Below are positions 1 to 15,259 of a stretch of DNA of 64,000 nt, in pieces. The DNA lies in NCBI RefSeq assembly GCF_009914755.1, contig NC_060931.1, one strand, 5' to 3'. Position 1 is the first letter of the stretch. Each line of letters opens with the position of its first letter. The position numbers were made by a program, and so were the translations under genes. The stretch comes from the human T2T-CHM13v2.0 reference genome, Homo sapiens. The notes below the pieces were generated by a model, which worked only from the letters and a program-made list of their open reading frames with translations, did no database searches and was not told the origin of the DNA.

Positions 1-1072
1 TAGCCCCCTTTCTGAAGCTCCCCCAGGCAGTGCCTCAGGGAGGTCTCTGTATGGGTCTTCCAGCCCAACATTTCTCCTCCATGCTACCCTAGAAGAGGTT
101 CTCTGAAAGGGCTCCACCCCTGCAGCAGGCTTCTTCCTGGACACCCAGGCTTTTCCACACATCCTCTGAAATCTAGGTGGTAGCTCCCAAGCAGCCTTCA
201 CTTTTGCATTCTGTGTGCCTGCTGGCTTAACACCATGTGGAAGCTGCCAAAGCTTATGGCTTGCACCCTCTGACACAGAAGCTTGGGCTCTATCTGGAAT
301 CCTGTGGGCCAAGGCTGGAACCAGAGCAGCAGAGATGCAAGAAGCAGTGTCCTGGGGTCCTGAAGCTGCACAGGGCAGCAGGGCCCTTGGCTTTTGCCCA
401 TGAAACCATTCTTCTTTCCTAGACCTCTGGGCCTCTGTTGGGAGGGGTTACCATGAAGATTTCAGAAATGCTTTAGAGGCCTTTTCCTCATTGTCTTGTA
501 TATTAGCACTTGGTTCCCTTTTAGTTATGAAAATTTCTCTGGCAATTGGTTGCTCCACAGCCTACTTGAATTTCTCTCTTTTAAAAGCTTTTTCTTTCTT
601 TACCATATGGCCTAGCTGCCAATTTTACAAACCTTTATCATCTTCTTTCTATTTAAATACAAACTCCAACCTTAAGTCATTTCTTTGCTCCCACATCTCA
701 GTGTAGGTTGTTAGAAGCAGCCAGGGCACATCTTGAACACTTGGCTGCTTGAAAATTTCTTCTACCAGGTACCCCAGATCATCACTCTCAAGTTCAAACT
801 TCCATAGATTCCTAGGGCATGGACACAACATAGCCAAGTTCTTTATTGAGGCATAACATGGGTGACCTTTGCTCCAATACACGGTAAGTTCCTCATTTCC
901 ATCTGAGACCTCATCAGCCTGGATTTCACTGTCTATATCACTATCAGCATTTTGGTTGCAACCACTTAACTGGTCTCTAAGAAGTTCCAAATTTTCCCTC
1001 ATCTTTCTGTCTTCTGAATTCTCCAGACTCTTCCGACTTTTGCCTATTACCCTACTCTTTGTATCAATTTTC
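1..1072 (-). mobile_element. MaLR internal region (MST-int/THE1-int type), runs off the window start
   Basis: ORF 649..1002(-) 'MRENLELLRDQLSGCNQNADSDIDSEIQADEVSDGNEEL...' is the typical decayed MaLR internal ORF; abuts an MST LTR. Confidence 0.85.
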
Positions 1073-1491
1073 TATATTAGGCCATTCTTGCCTTGCTATA
1101 AAGAAATACCTGAGACTGGGTAATTTGTAAAGAAAAGAGGTTTAATTGGCTTCTGGTCCTGCAGGCTGTTCAGGAGGCATAGCTCCAGCATCTGCTTCTG
1201 AGGAGGCCTCGGGAAGCTTTCAGTCATGGTGGAAAGCAAAGCAGGAGCAGGCACTTCACATAGTGAAAGCAGGAGTGACAAAGTGGGGTAGGGGAAGTGC
1301 CCCGCACTTTTACCTGACCATGTCTCACATGAATTCAGAGTGAGAGCTCAATTATCACCAATGGGATGGCCCAAGCCGTTCATGAGGGATCTGCCCCCAT
1401 TATCCGGACACCTCCCATCAGGCCCCATCTCTGGCATGGGGATTACAATTCAACATGATATTTGGTGGGGACAAATATCCAAACTATATCA
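1073..1491 (-). mobile_element. MST-family (MSTA/MSTB) LTR, 5' LTR of the element at 1-1072
   Basis: tatattagGCCATTCTTG...GAAATACCTGAGACTGGGTAATTT...CCAAACTATATCA, the reverse complement of MaLR LTR termini. Confidence 0.85.
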
Positions 1492-2519
1492 CCCCTAAAA
1501 TGCAAAATATCATATCGAACTGGGAAAAGGCTTCTGAAATTAATACTAAGAATATAAAACTTTAAAGCTGTTTCTTTCTGTTTTAATTCATGTCCTGTGA
1601 TCAGGTCAGGTACTAGTGTACAAGTATATATAATAAAACTACCTGAGATGGTTTATTGATATTAATCTTGCCATCACATATCACTTAGGCCTGATTTCTG
1701 TCTTTATATCTGAGTTAATGCCAATAGATTCTAAACTCCAAATTTAGACGTTTATTGGCATATTTGAAATGGAAAGTGTCTCAATATCCAGAACGTGTAA
1801 GAATACCAGGTTTTGGGGAAAACCACTGCTTCCTGGGAGGAGCTTTTCACCGTATGAGATGTAGTATGAGTTCATCTGTAAACTAATTGAGGTCTGTGAA
1901 TTTCAGGTATTCATGGGGGGAGGTAACCCAATTGTATTGATAACTCTAAAGTTTAACTTCCATGTGGATCTTGAAAAGCAGCTCTCTAATGGTCTGAATA
2001 CCTCAGCTTCTCAGCACATCTCATCTAGGTTAGCCAGATATTCCAGTTTATTAGGTATGGATGGGGCCTGGGAGTCTGTAGTATTTGAAACCTGCTAAAT
2101 GATTCTGTTGTGAAGTCAATATTGAGAATTACTTAATTTGATGAAGGGAAATCTCTGCAGATTAGTTTTGCATGTCAGTTATTTTTTTAGGGAGGTTCCA
2201 TATAAAAGATTCCCTTATTTTTCGTCAACATTTTCTGTATACTTAGCATGGTTGTTGTCTTCTACTGCTTATCAGCTCTTATTATGTGTCATGTCTTAAT
2301 TTACATTATTTTGTTTAATTCTCATGAAAATACACTTTATGCATATAGAAACTGGGGCTTAGTGAAAGTAAACAACTTGGTCAAGATAACTTAGTAACCA
2401 GTAGTGATGAGTCAAACATAGGTCAGCCTGAATCCAGTCTCTATATTATCAATCATTACTTTTAATTCTCTCATAGTTTTAAAAGCAGACTGAAAATAAG
2501 AGAATTTTGTGACTCCCCT

Positions 2520-2877
2520 TGATATAGTTTGGCTGTGTCCCCACCCAAATCTCACCTTGAATTGTAATAACCACCCCTCATCCCCTGCCCTGTGTCAAGG
2601 GCAGGGCCAGGTGGAGATTGTTGAATCATGGGGGTGGTTTCCCCCATACTGGTCTGGTGGTAGTGAATAAGTCTCATGAGATCTGATGGTTTTATAAATT
2701 GGAGTTCCCCCTGCACATGCTCTCTTGCCTGCTGCCATGTAAGAAGGGCCTTTGCTCCTCCTTCACTTTCCACCATGATTGTGGGGCCTCCCTAGCACTG
2801 TGGAATTGTGAGTGCATTAAACCTCTTTCCCAGCCTTGGGTATGTCTTTGTTAGCAGCCTGAGAATGGACTAATACC
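2520..2877 (+). mobile_element. THE1 solo LTR (THE1B/C-like)
   Basis: TGATATAGTTTGGCTGTGTCCCCACCCAAATCTC...GGACTAATAC termini, ~355 bp. Confidence 0.9.
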
Positions 2878-5279
2878 ACCACCCCCGTCCCCTCCATCTA
2901 TGCAGCAGAATGATGTTGGCCAAAAACAGGCTGTGCTCAGTTAACTCAGCTGTGTATGCTTAAAGGTATTTGGTAACAAGGCACATTAGTAAGGTGTATA
3001 TTTTAAGCTGAATGTATGAAGAGCTACTTTTGCTTTATGTGCTTATGTTTTTTCACCTGTATACTGATCTCTCATCACCTGTTAAGTACTTTTTGTGTCA
3101 TACTGAATAAAATAGTTCTGAAAATGTTGGAATAGCTTATTAAAGGAATGTCTTTAAGACAAAATGTCAAAGCTTAAAGGAAACCTAGAGGTCATCTTAA
3201 GTCAAGTTCTTCATATTGCAGGGAAAGATAATGAAGACCAGCGAGGCTAAGAGAGTTGCTCAGGTCACAAACCTCTGGAGGGCTGAGCTGAGACCTAAAC
3301 CATGTGCTCTGAGCTCTGTCCAGGCTTCATTCTACCACAATCACAGTTGTATTGCTTCAGTAGAAGAGAGGAAGAGCCCTGGGCTTGATGCCATAGCCAC
3401 AAACAAAGTTCCAAGTCCTTGGATGATTGCACTAAAGGTAGAGGAGCTGCCGTGATGGATCTGAGTAGAAGAATAGGGATGGACTCTAAGGAGTAAATTT
3501 ACTCTACTTACTAGGAGAGGGTAACTACTACTCTCTGAACAAGTGCGTTACAAGAAATTTTTTTTTTCTAGTGTGATATACAAAGACTTAAGTACAAAAT
3601 TAAATCGTTGGATTCTATCTTTTAGTGCATAATTTCTAATACCTTTTCCTAAAGCATCCTGAGTTTTGAAGATTCTTTTTTAATTATTTTTTTTTGATTA
3701 AACAAACAAAAATCTTGGGTATTGCCATTGTTCAATAACGTACTAACTACACAGCCTGCTTTTTAAGATCCCTTAGAGTCTGGTTCAAATCATCCTTTCC
3801 AGCTACCTATTCTACTATTTCCCTACATAAAACCCAGGATCAAGTCATGAAGGTAACATTTTTTATTTTGATCCTGCCTTGTATTTTTTCTATTCCATTA
3901 ATATGTTCAGCCTGTCCCTTCTAGCTAGAATGTCCACTTTCCTGACCTGTGATCCTTACCCATTAAAATCTTATCCACCCTTAAGGCCCAGATCAAAAAC
4001 CATTCCCCCACCCCGCACAAAGAGTTTCTTCTCTCTAGCCAGCAGTGATTGCTCTATAAATGTAAAACTTTAATAGAATTCTTATCACCTTTACAAAGTA
4101 CATCTGGATGGGCTTGTCTGCTTTACCCCACATCCAAACAGCTGTGGCATCTGGTGCTGGGGAAGATGCTTGTGAAGAGGATAAGAGAAACTGATATTTT
4201 CTCTGGTTTTGACCCTAAGAAAGGTTGATTTTCTGTTAAATCAGTTTTTTACCATCATGGATAGATTTTTCATTGAGAAATAATTTCCTGGAGCTAACTA
4301 TAATTAAATTACTTAATCACTTCTTTATAGAGCAGGGTTAAGCCATTTCAAAAAAAATTTTCATTCTATTTTTATTTTAATGAAACCATTTACATTGAAA
4401 TCAATTTTCTCCATAAATTTTACAACACAGATTAAGTTCATCTATTAGTCTAATACTGGAGATTAACATTTTTACTACTGTCAGTTTTCTTTTGTATCTA
4501 TTTCCTGTGTACAAACAACACTCAATTTCCTTGAGTCAGATTTTGCAGATCTCTCTTTTTCAAGAAATTGCTTGATATTTCCAACCATTTGTAGTCATTG
4601 GTAAATTTTAAACTCATAACTGTAGTCACCAGTTTGAGTTTATAGTGACTTTTACTACCAGAAAAATTTATTAGAAATTGGGTGTATGATTAATAGCCAT
4701 TATTTAATTCTTGACACACGTAACGAAGAGAATTAGTAATTCAAAGGTGTAGAATCTGGGACACTGGGGAGTAAATTTTGGGATCAGAATATTCTGTGTT
4801 GGTCAATAAATGGGCAAGAAATCTAATGAATATTATATAGTGATTACTAACCAAGGAAAGAATTCTGTATCCTGGAGCAATTCTTCCTTCAGTTACTGAA
4901 TGCATCTTGATTTATGCGGGGGACAATTTGTCTCAGGCTTCACTTGTTTCTCTCTCAGCCTGGCCCCTGCTGAGCCCACACTTGCGGCATTGACCTTCCT
5001 GCTTTCTCTTAAAACTCTCCCTGTCTGCCCTGTCAGTTCTAAGCCTTATTCTATTTTATGTTGCTTCATTTCTTGTTATTTTCCTCTTTCAATCCTATTC
5101 TTCTCTCTCATCTTTATCTACTCCACCTCAAGTATACATATCATTCTATTGTTTTTGTGTTGCATATTTTTGGAAATATAAGTAACATTTTTACTTTAAT
5201 TTTGGGTGGTATGATTTTGAAATTGCAATAATGCATTTAGCTCAAAGTTTCTTCCTGTTTTCTATTGCTAGAGGATATC

Positions 5280-5530
5280 AATATCATGTAGTGGTTAGAG
5301 TTAGGTGTCCTGGTTCTCAGTATTTTCTTTACCACTTATTAGCCATCTGACCTTGAGCAAGTCTCTTAAATTTGCTGTTCTTCAATTTACTCATAAATAA
5401 CCTGGGAACAATGACAACATCTATCTCATAGGGTTTTTGCAAGGAACAAATGAATTAATAATGTCCAGTGCTGAGAATAATGCCTGACACATAATAATTG
5501 CTACATGGGTGTCAGCTATTACATTGTTTT
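5280..5530 (+). mobile_element. MIR SINE relic
   Basis: core 'TGACCTTGAGCAAGTCTCTTAAA...ATCTCATAGGGTT...TGCCTGACACATAATAA'. Confidence 0.7.
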
Positions 5531-5700
5531 ATTTGTATTTTCTCTCAACTCTCTGTTTTTAAGACCAAACCATGTTGCTGTTACAGACATGTAATTCCTT
5601 ATTCTGAATGCTGCCCCGTGTTCCATGGTATGCACCTACTTGACTTTACTTTTTCAATAGTTCTAATAATGACTGCCTAGGTTGCTTTCAAATTTATGCT

Positions 5701-5992
5701 TTTTTTTTTTTTTTTGAGACAGAGTCTTGCTCTGTCACCCAGGCTGGAGTGCAGTGGTGCAATCTCGGCTCACCGCCACCTCCGCCTCCTGTGTTCAAGC
5801 GATTTTCCTACCTTAGCCTCCCAAGTAGCTGGGATTACAGGCATGCAACATGCTCAGCTAATTTTTGTATTTTTAGTAGAGACGGTGTTTCACCATATTG
5901 GCCAGGCTGGTCTTGAACTCCTGACCTCGTGATCCACCCGCCTTGGCCTCCCAAAGTGCTGAGATTACAGGCGTGAGCCACCGCACCCGGCC
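5701..5992 (-). mobile_element. AluS
   Basis: full dimeric Alu with polyT; TSD aaattt(a/g)tgct at 5690-5700 and 5993-6003. Confidence 0.95.
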
Positions 5993-6717
5993 AAATTTGT
6001 GCTATTACAAACACAGCTGCAATGAACATGTCCTCTTATAGGGCTGTGTAGGATTTTTTCTCATATGATGGGATCATAAAATGTACCCCCACTTTACTTC
6101 ACTAAATACTTCTAGATGTTTTTAGAATGGCTTTACCAGATTACACTCCCACAAGTGCACGTTGCAGCTCCATGGATGTGGCGAGTTGTCCTTGGCTTCT
6201 AGTCCCATGTACAGGATCTGCATAAAATCACCCCTCTTAGCCTCCAGTTCTTGCTTGGAATCTTCAAGGATATTGTACATATACTCACAGTACAAGTTCA
6301 TTCTGATACTTTGAGGTAAAGTCACTTTCTTCATTCCTACTCCAGCCCCATTCAGTGAAGTTTCCAGCCCCCACGGCACCACACTGCCTTTAGAGGGTCT
6401 TACAGCTGCTGCTCATGTTGCCAGGGACAAGGCTCTTTTTGCCTCTGCGTTTGGCAACTCTTATTGCTTCCAGAGATGGTGGTATTGGTTCACACCCTAG
6501 TTCTGCCTTTCTCTGCTGCCTGGGTACTATCACCATTCTACCATCCTCTACTATCTCTGCCACATCTGGATCCCTGGTGGTCTATGTCTTTAATGTTCTA
6601 GGCCTACATTACGTTCTCTGGGTACCTCAATGCTCCAAAGCCATGGAATTTTCCATGGAAAAGCAGCAAGAATGCCTGGCTCCCCTTCTGTGTTTCCCTC
6701 TGCTTAGTCGGAGACAG

Positions 6718-6771
6718 TGGTGTGTGCATGCATGTGTGTGTGCGCGCGTGTGCGTGTGTGTGTGTGTGTGT
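6718..6771. repeat. (TG)n/(CG)n alternating purine-pyrimidine microsatellite
   Basis: tgtgtgcatgcatgtgtgtgtgcgcgcgtgtgcgtgtgtg... Confidence 0.95.
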
Positions 6772-6854
6772 TTGGGTGGTATGTTTGTTTTATGGAAAAC
6801 AGTCCTTTTAGTTTTTTCCTTACTTGCAATGTTCCTTTGCAATCTCTAGGACTC

Positions 6855-7062
6855 AGATGCTCCTCTGTTGTGGTATGTGGACCACTGGTGACATGTGATG
6901 TGATTTTAAGTAGCACAGAGATAAGAGCAAGTTAAAAAAAATTGCATCATTCCAACAAAGTCAGCGTGATGGAAAATATTGAGCAAATAATTCAGGTGGT
7001 GTGAGAGCTAACAAAAATTGTAAAAATGGTACGCAAAGTAACTAAAGTTTAAGAAACACTGC
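6855..7062. mobile_element. hAT-Charlie-type MITE relic
   Basis: CAG... start and ...AAGTTTAAGAAACACTG end resemble hAT TIRs; subfamily not resolved. Confidence 0.45.
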
Positions 7063-7384
7063 CCTCAGATAAGGTCTAGAATTTCCTCAGTCTCTAATGT
7101 AAATATTTTTCTGGAGGACACAGCTCCGCTGTCTACCGCATATGCCCAGAGAAGTCTAAAGCTCTTTGGTGGGATACAGTTTAGCCTGAACCTGGGGCCC
7201 CCAACTCTAAACCCTGTAGCATCACCTGGGGACTCTTTCCTGTGGCTTTACTTCTGTCCTTATTTCTTTTTCATAGCATTTCCTCTTCTCTCTTTGATTC
7301 CTAGAGTTTAATAAATTTGAATTCAATTAAATTCAATATTTAGTCAGAAGACAGAGTTTTATCTAGGCTTTTTTTTTTTCTTTT

Positions 7385-9420
<2,036 letters not shown>

Positions 9421-9466
9421 GATATTATGAAACAGAGACTGCAGTACTCTAGTCATGAAGATTTTT

Positions 9467-9704
9467 TGGAGGCTGGGGTGCAGTGGCACAAGCTCAGCTC
9501 ACTGTAACCTCTGCCTCCCTGGTTCAAGCAATTCTCCTGCCTCAGCCTGCTGGGACTACAGGTGTGTGCCACCATGCCCGGCTAATTTTTGTATTTTTAG
9601 TAGAGACAAGTTTTCACTATATTGGCCAGGCTGATCTTGAACTCCTGACCTTAGGCGATCTTCTTGCTTCAACCTCCCAAAGTACTGGGATTACAGGCAT
9701 GAGC
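9467..9704 (-). mobile_element. AluS, truncated at both ends
   Basis: Alu body flanked by a perfect 16-bp TSD agtcatgaagattttt (9451-9466, 9705-9720). Confidence 0.9.
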
Positions 9705-12700
9705 AGTCATGAAGATTTTTAAAAACATATATTTCTTCAGGTATGCAACTATTGAAATTTATAGCAAACACCCCCAGTTTGTCTCCCAAATCTGACCTGT
9801 ACCTGGCCTCTACTTTTCTTTCTTAGGACCTCTAAGAAATCTGTTTATTCTTTCTCTTTTCATTAAAATCCAATCCTTGATTCAGCTTCAGTTTCCCACT
9901 GGACACTCAAGGAAACAAGAGTCAACTGGCTATTTTTGCTTTCCCCAGGGCCACATAATTTGCTGTTAGCAAGCTTCTGTGACTCTCCATGTTTTTCTGA
10001 TGTATGTCAGAACCTCAGGTAAAAGTTCAGCTACTAAAACTCTTATTTTGGGGAGGAAGCTAACAATGAAAGTTTTAGGAGACTCAAGACTTCTTTTCTC
10101 CACTGATTAGGTGGGTATGGCTGCAGACTGGCTAGTGATGACCGTTATATGGCATAGGCCTAGAGAAAGTTTGGTTAGATGAGAATAAAACTCCTTGGGC
10201 CCAGAATTCTTCTAGTAAGAAAGATCGATCTAGGACAGAGTTGCCAAGGGGATGTTTGTCATTTCCCCAGATAAACTACCACATTGAATTGTGGGAACAA
10301 CGGAAATCCTTGCAAAAGACAGAATTCTGATGTCATCTCAGATTATTTTTTCTTCTAGCTTTGAAACATTGTTTTAGCTTTCACTGTTGTTACTTCTTTG
10401 ACCGTGATCCCTCAGATCCAGCTAAGCACATCTTCACCAGCTCAGCCAGACACCGCTGGGGCCACACTCTATCCTGTGTGTCTCTGACTGCTTGCTTTCA
10501 TGCCCAGTCATGACCCTAGTTTGCTGTCTCTGTTCTACTTTTGCTCATGTAGCAGCCCTACCCTAAACCCTGGTGGTGACTCTGATGCTGAGTGCACCCT
10601 TTACTTAACCCAAGCAAAACGGTCCAGGCAGGTACTTCTCTGTATCTTGTTTTCACTTTAATTGTCCTCTGCCTACTTGATATTTTTTATTTGATCTGTT
10701 TTTCCATGGGATTTTTGTTTCCATGGTAGAAAGTAGTAGGATCTCCTGTTTACCCATCACCAAGGGAGATTTACCTATAGCTCCAGAGATTAATATATAT
10801 TCATATATATTTATATCTCCATCAAAATAGATACACAATAAATCCCGAGCCTGATCATAAGGAGGATGTGACACTGTGCCATCACCTACACTGTCATCTA
10901 CAGTTATTAAGCTGTGAACTCTCTTCAGCGGCCTTTCCTCACCCTACTGATTTTCATACTGTTTCATTAACTCTCACTATCCACATTTTTTGGCTCTTTA
11001 GGCATACGTTTGTCCCTAAAGGGAGGGTTGAGGATTTTGGTCTGAGTGAATTATAAACCACAGGTCCTGTTGGCATAAACTAAATTATTTCTATCTGCTA
11101 AGCCTAGGTTCTTCCACCTCTATACATCTCTAGAAACTTCCCCATGTATATCTTTAAATTTATTAATTTTACTCTGCACGAAGATTATTTATACTTCTTC
11201 AGTTACTTTGACTTACTCATCAGAACTGCTCGTGGCAATGAAACATTTAGTGAAAAACCATATAAAGACAATTAATTTGAGTTTCCCCCCATCTCTGTTC
11301 AGACGTGGGTTGGAGGCGTGGAGCGAGTCCAAGGGGAGAAAATTTGTGAGTAGATGGAACTCAGCTTTTGGGAAAGGGACTTTTAGTGCTGTCACTCATC
11401 AAGCTTTATTAGGCTTCTGATCAATTTCTAATTAAAGAAAACATGAATCCTCATATGACAAGGGGAAAAGGTGATTCCTAAGTAAAGTACTGAATGTCTT
11501 GTCTCTTAATTCCCAATTTATCAAAACAAATCAAAACACTCACTGGTAATTTTAATCTAGACCCCCACAATTTTTTTTTACAGGCCTTGTTTGCTTTTAG
11601 GTATAAGAAATCCCAAAAGTTCTTACATTTTTATTCTATTGTTCGAGATCATTTTGGAAAAAGAAATATGCTTCAGAACATTTGGTGAAAAGATGACAAA
11701 TGTTAATTTTATTTTAGACTCTATAAATACAATTTTATATTATTTATTTGAGATGGATGTATTACTTTCAGATTTTTGCTCTGGTATAGCATAATAATTG
11801 ATCCCATATTTCTCAGATAAGCCGGTAAGGAATATATCACTTTGATACAGTGTAACTCTATAGGAAAAAAACCCAGTATTTCTTTATGAAATACTAAACA
11901 TAAGTTTGTTTAATCAAATTCCTTTGGAAGACAGGTGAGAAGGGAGAAGGTGGACAATTTATTATGAAATAATAATAAGATCAATTTCATGTCGACCAAT
12001 TAGCAGAAATGCCAGTTTATCACATAACATGTGTGTCCATTTTATATAATTAAGTTTGTTTCTCAAACCAGATATTTATAAGTAAATTCTGGGCTTGTTT
12101 TATGTTTTCCCTCTATCATATAAATTATATTTATGGCTAATCCATTCACAGAACTACCAAGCGAGAGGGGATCTTAAAAATAATTTAGCTAACTTCCCAT
12201 TTTATATACGGGGAAACTGAGGGAACAGTCAAGAGACTTAGTGTCTTTAGCTACTTTTCTACTCTCCTTAATAGCCTTTGCCTAATTCAAATAATACCAT
12301 ATTCCCTGATGTCACTTCCTGTATGCTCCTCTGCTTTTAAGCAGGTGGTTATCCCATATAAAGAAAATGGAGGTTGAGGGAGAAATAACCTACCAGATAA
12401 TCGGTACACTTTTCTATGAAGATTTTGTGAATCTGGTAACACAATCCTTTGAAGCAGGATGAGGACGACCTGTTCCACTATCACCTGGCTCCTTCCTTCT
12501 TGAATAAGAGTGTGAACACTGGAGGGGGTCAGCTGATGCTTATTCCAGTCTTTCCACCTGGATGCTACCTCCTTTGCAACACATATTTGAGTTTATGCTT
12601 TCCATTTATTGTTCCAGTAAAGACTTGGCAGAAGTGTGATATAAGACCACTACTATGGTGTCAAATAAGGCACATCACTGATGGGTGCATTTCATAAAGT

Positions 12701-13069
12701 TATTTAAAGGGAACTTTAGCAAATAGAGATAAGAGCTGGAATGGAGGCAGAGTCTTAGTGAGTGGAAGTGCCATGCAGTGGAAAGAAGGCTGGTCGAGAA
12801 ATTCAGTCTGAGCACTGCTTCTCTACTTGTCATGAGTTATGTGATGTTGGGCTAGCCAGTTAAACTTCCTGGGACTAGTTTTCTGAAAATGATAAATGAG
12901 AAAGTGGATTAGATGAGTAGTTGGTAAACTCAAACGCCTTCGAGGGCCGTGGGGTTAAAACAAGAACTTGAAATGGCTAAGTATAAAACAATGAGGAGCT
13001 ATAGAGACTGTGAAGGGTGTGCACATACCCTAAACACATTCAAATGAAAATTGATTGAAAACATTGTAC

Positions 13070-14250
13070 TAGGTATTGGTGAAGATGTAGAGTAACTAGA
13101 ATTCATATATTGCTGGGGAGTATATACATTAGTTCAGTTGTTTTGGAAAACTGGTTGGCAGTTAAAAGTATAATTTTAAACTATTACTTAAGAGCTCACA
13201 ATTTAACTCCTGTGTAGAAACACATCAGAAATCAATGTTTATGTCCACCAAAAAACATATAAAAAAACTTCTCAGAGCAGCTTTATTCAGGCACGAAAGG
13301 CTATATATTATTCCATCTGTGCAAAATTTAAAAATAATCAAAATTATTCTGGGGTGATAGTTGTCAGAATAGAAGTCATTTTGGGTTATTTTGGTTACGT
13401 AAGAGTGGTATAAGGGACCATATATTCACATGCACGTATATGTTCATCACAGCACTACTCACAACACCAAAGACATGGAATCAACCCAGATATCCATCAG
13501 TGGTGGACTGGATAAAGAAAATGTGGTATGTATACACCATGGAAACGTGGCATATATGCAGCCGTGGAAAAGAATGAGATTATGTCCTTTGCAGCAACAT
13601 GGATGGAGCTGGAAGCCATTACTCTTAGTCAATTAATGCAGGAACAGAAGACCAAATGTTGTGTGTTCTCTCTTGTAAGTGGGAACTAAACATTAGGTAC
13701 ACATGAACACAAAGACAAGAACAATAGACACTGAGGCCTACTTGAGGGTGAAGGGTGGGAGGAGGGTGAGAATCAGAAAATACCTATCAGGTATTATGCT
13801 CATTACCTGGGTGATGAAATAATCTGTATGTCAAACCCCCCACAATATGCAATTTACTCAGGTAACAAACCTGCACATATACCCCCTAAATCTAAAATAA
13901 AAGTTAGAAAAAGAACTTTATTTTTTTATCCATTACAATTTTTTAGAACATTTTATACAGTAATTTTTATTCAACATTGCAACACCATGTAAATCTTATT
14001 TCTATTTTTGATCATAAATTTGTTATTTCTGAAGATAACATATTTAAAGAAAATTAAAACACCCCATCAAACACACACACACACACACACGCACACCCCA
14101 CCTCCCCACACACAGAGTGGTATAAGAAGCTTTGTGAGAATTTTCTGTATCTTGATTGGGGTGTAGTTATATTAGAATATACATATATAAAAGTTCACTT
14201 AAGATGTGGACACTTCACTGTAGCTAAGTCGTATCTTGATATATAGAAAG
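13070..14250 (+). mobile_element. Old L1ME-type 3' fragment, host of the insertion at 13415-14113
   Basis: 'GTATTGGTGAAGATGTAGAGTAACTAGAATTC...' and, after the insertion, 'TTCTGTATCTTGATTGGGGTG...'. Confidence 0.6.
13415..13912 (+). mobile_element. L1PA(old)/L1PB 3' end, 5'-truncated
   Basis: ORF2 C-terminal remnant and 3'UTR 'AACAAACCTGCACATATACCCCCTAAATCTAAAATAAAAG'. Confidence 0.9.
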
Positions 14251-14962
14251 AAAAAAGTAAAAAAGGAAGAAAGAGAAGAATTAAGAAAATAAAAAGAAAC
14301 ATTTTGTTGGGGAAAATAAAACCATCTCCATAGATAGAATTCTGCCGAGAGACTGCCACTTTTCTATTCCTGGATTTGGTGATCTTTAAAATCCTCTTCA
14401 GCTATAACAGGCAATGATTGTTTGAATGAGAAAAAGTGTAAGGTGAAAATTTGAGAATGGCAAAGTAAAGTTAACACCAACTTTTATGGCCCAATATTAT
14501 GATTGTCAATGGGCGCATTAACAAGAAAATGATACTAACTATAAAAATTCTAAATTGCTGTGTCAGGTCCCCACTTTCCTTACCTGAAAGCTATGGTTAC
14601 CTTGTGCATCATAACACTGACTGTAAATTAGGAAACTCATTTTACTTCCTCCATCTGCAGAGACCAGTGCTTAAAGAGGGTGCATTTGAAATGGATTTTA
14701 CAATTCAAATTTAGTTACACAAAGGCTTACCACTCTGAGCAAAAATAAAAATCTTCCCTCTGCTATTGTAATCAAAACAATACCCTGAGCTTACAGCTCT
14801 ATATACGTATTGCAACCAGAGTGATTTAGGTTAAACTCTGATTCAAACATCTAAGAAATTTAGGAGCAGGTAAAACCAGCATCTGCTTTATTGGTATATT
14901 TGGTGGGAGGGAAGGAATTGTTACCCACATGTTCAGAAGAACATCACCTTCTTCCCACAGCT

Positions 14963-15105
14963 TTTTAAAAAAATTTTTATTTTACTTTAAGTTCCAGATA
15001 TATGTGCAGAACGTGCAGGTTTGTTACACAGGTATGCATGTGCCGTGGTGGTTTGCTGCACCTATCAACCCATCATCTAGGTTTTAAGCCCCACATGCAT
15101 TAGGT
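14963..15105 (-). mobile_element. Short L1PA 3' end
   Basis: TTTTATTTTACTTTAAGTTC...GTGCAGAACGTGCAGGTTTGTTAC. Confidence 0.85.
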
Positions 15106-15259
15106 TTTAAGCAGTGACGGGAAATCCACAGTCATGCTTTACAAGAAATTATAATATTGAGTTATCATACCTTGGCATGATTATACTTTCTTTTGTATAA
15201 ATATGGCCTCTAATTTAAGATTTTAAAACTCTGAAGAAATAAAAGAGCTAGCATTTACT

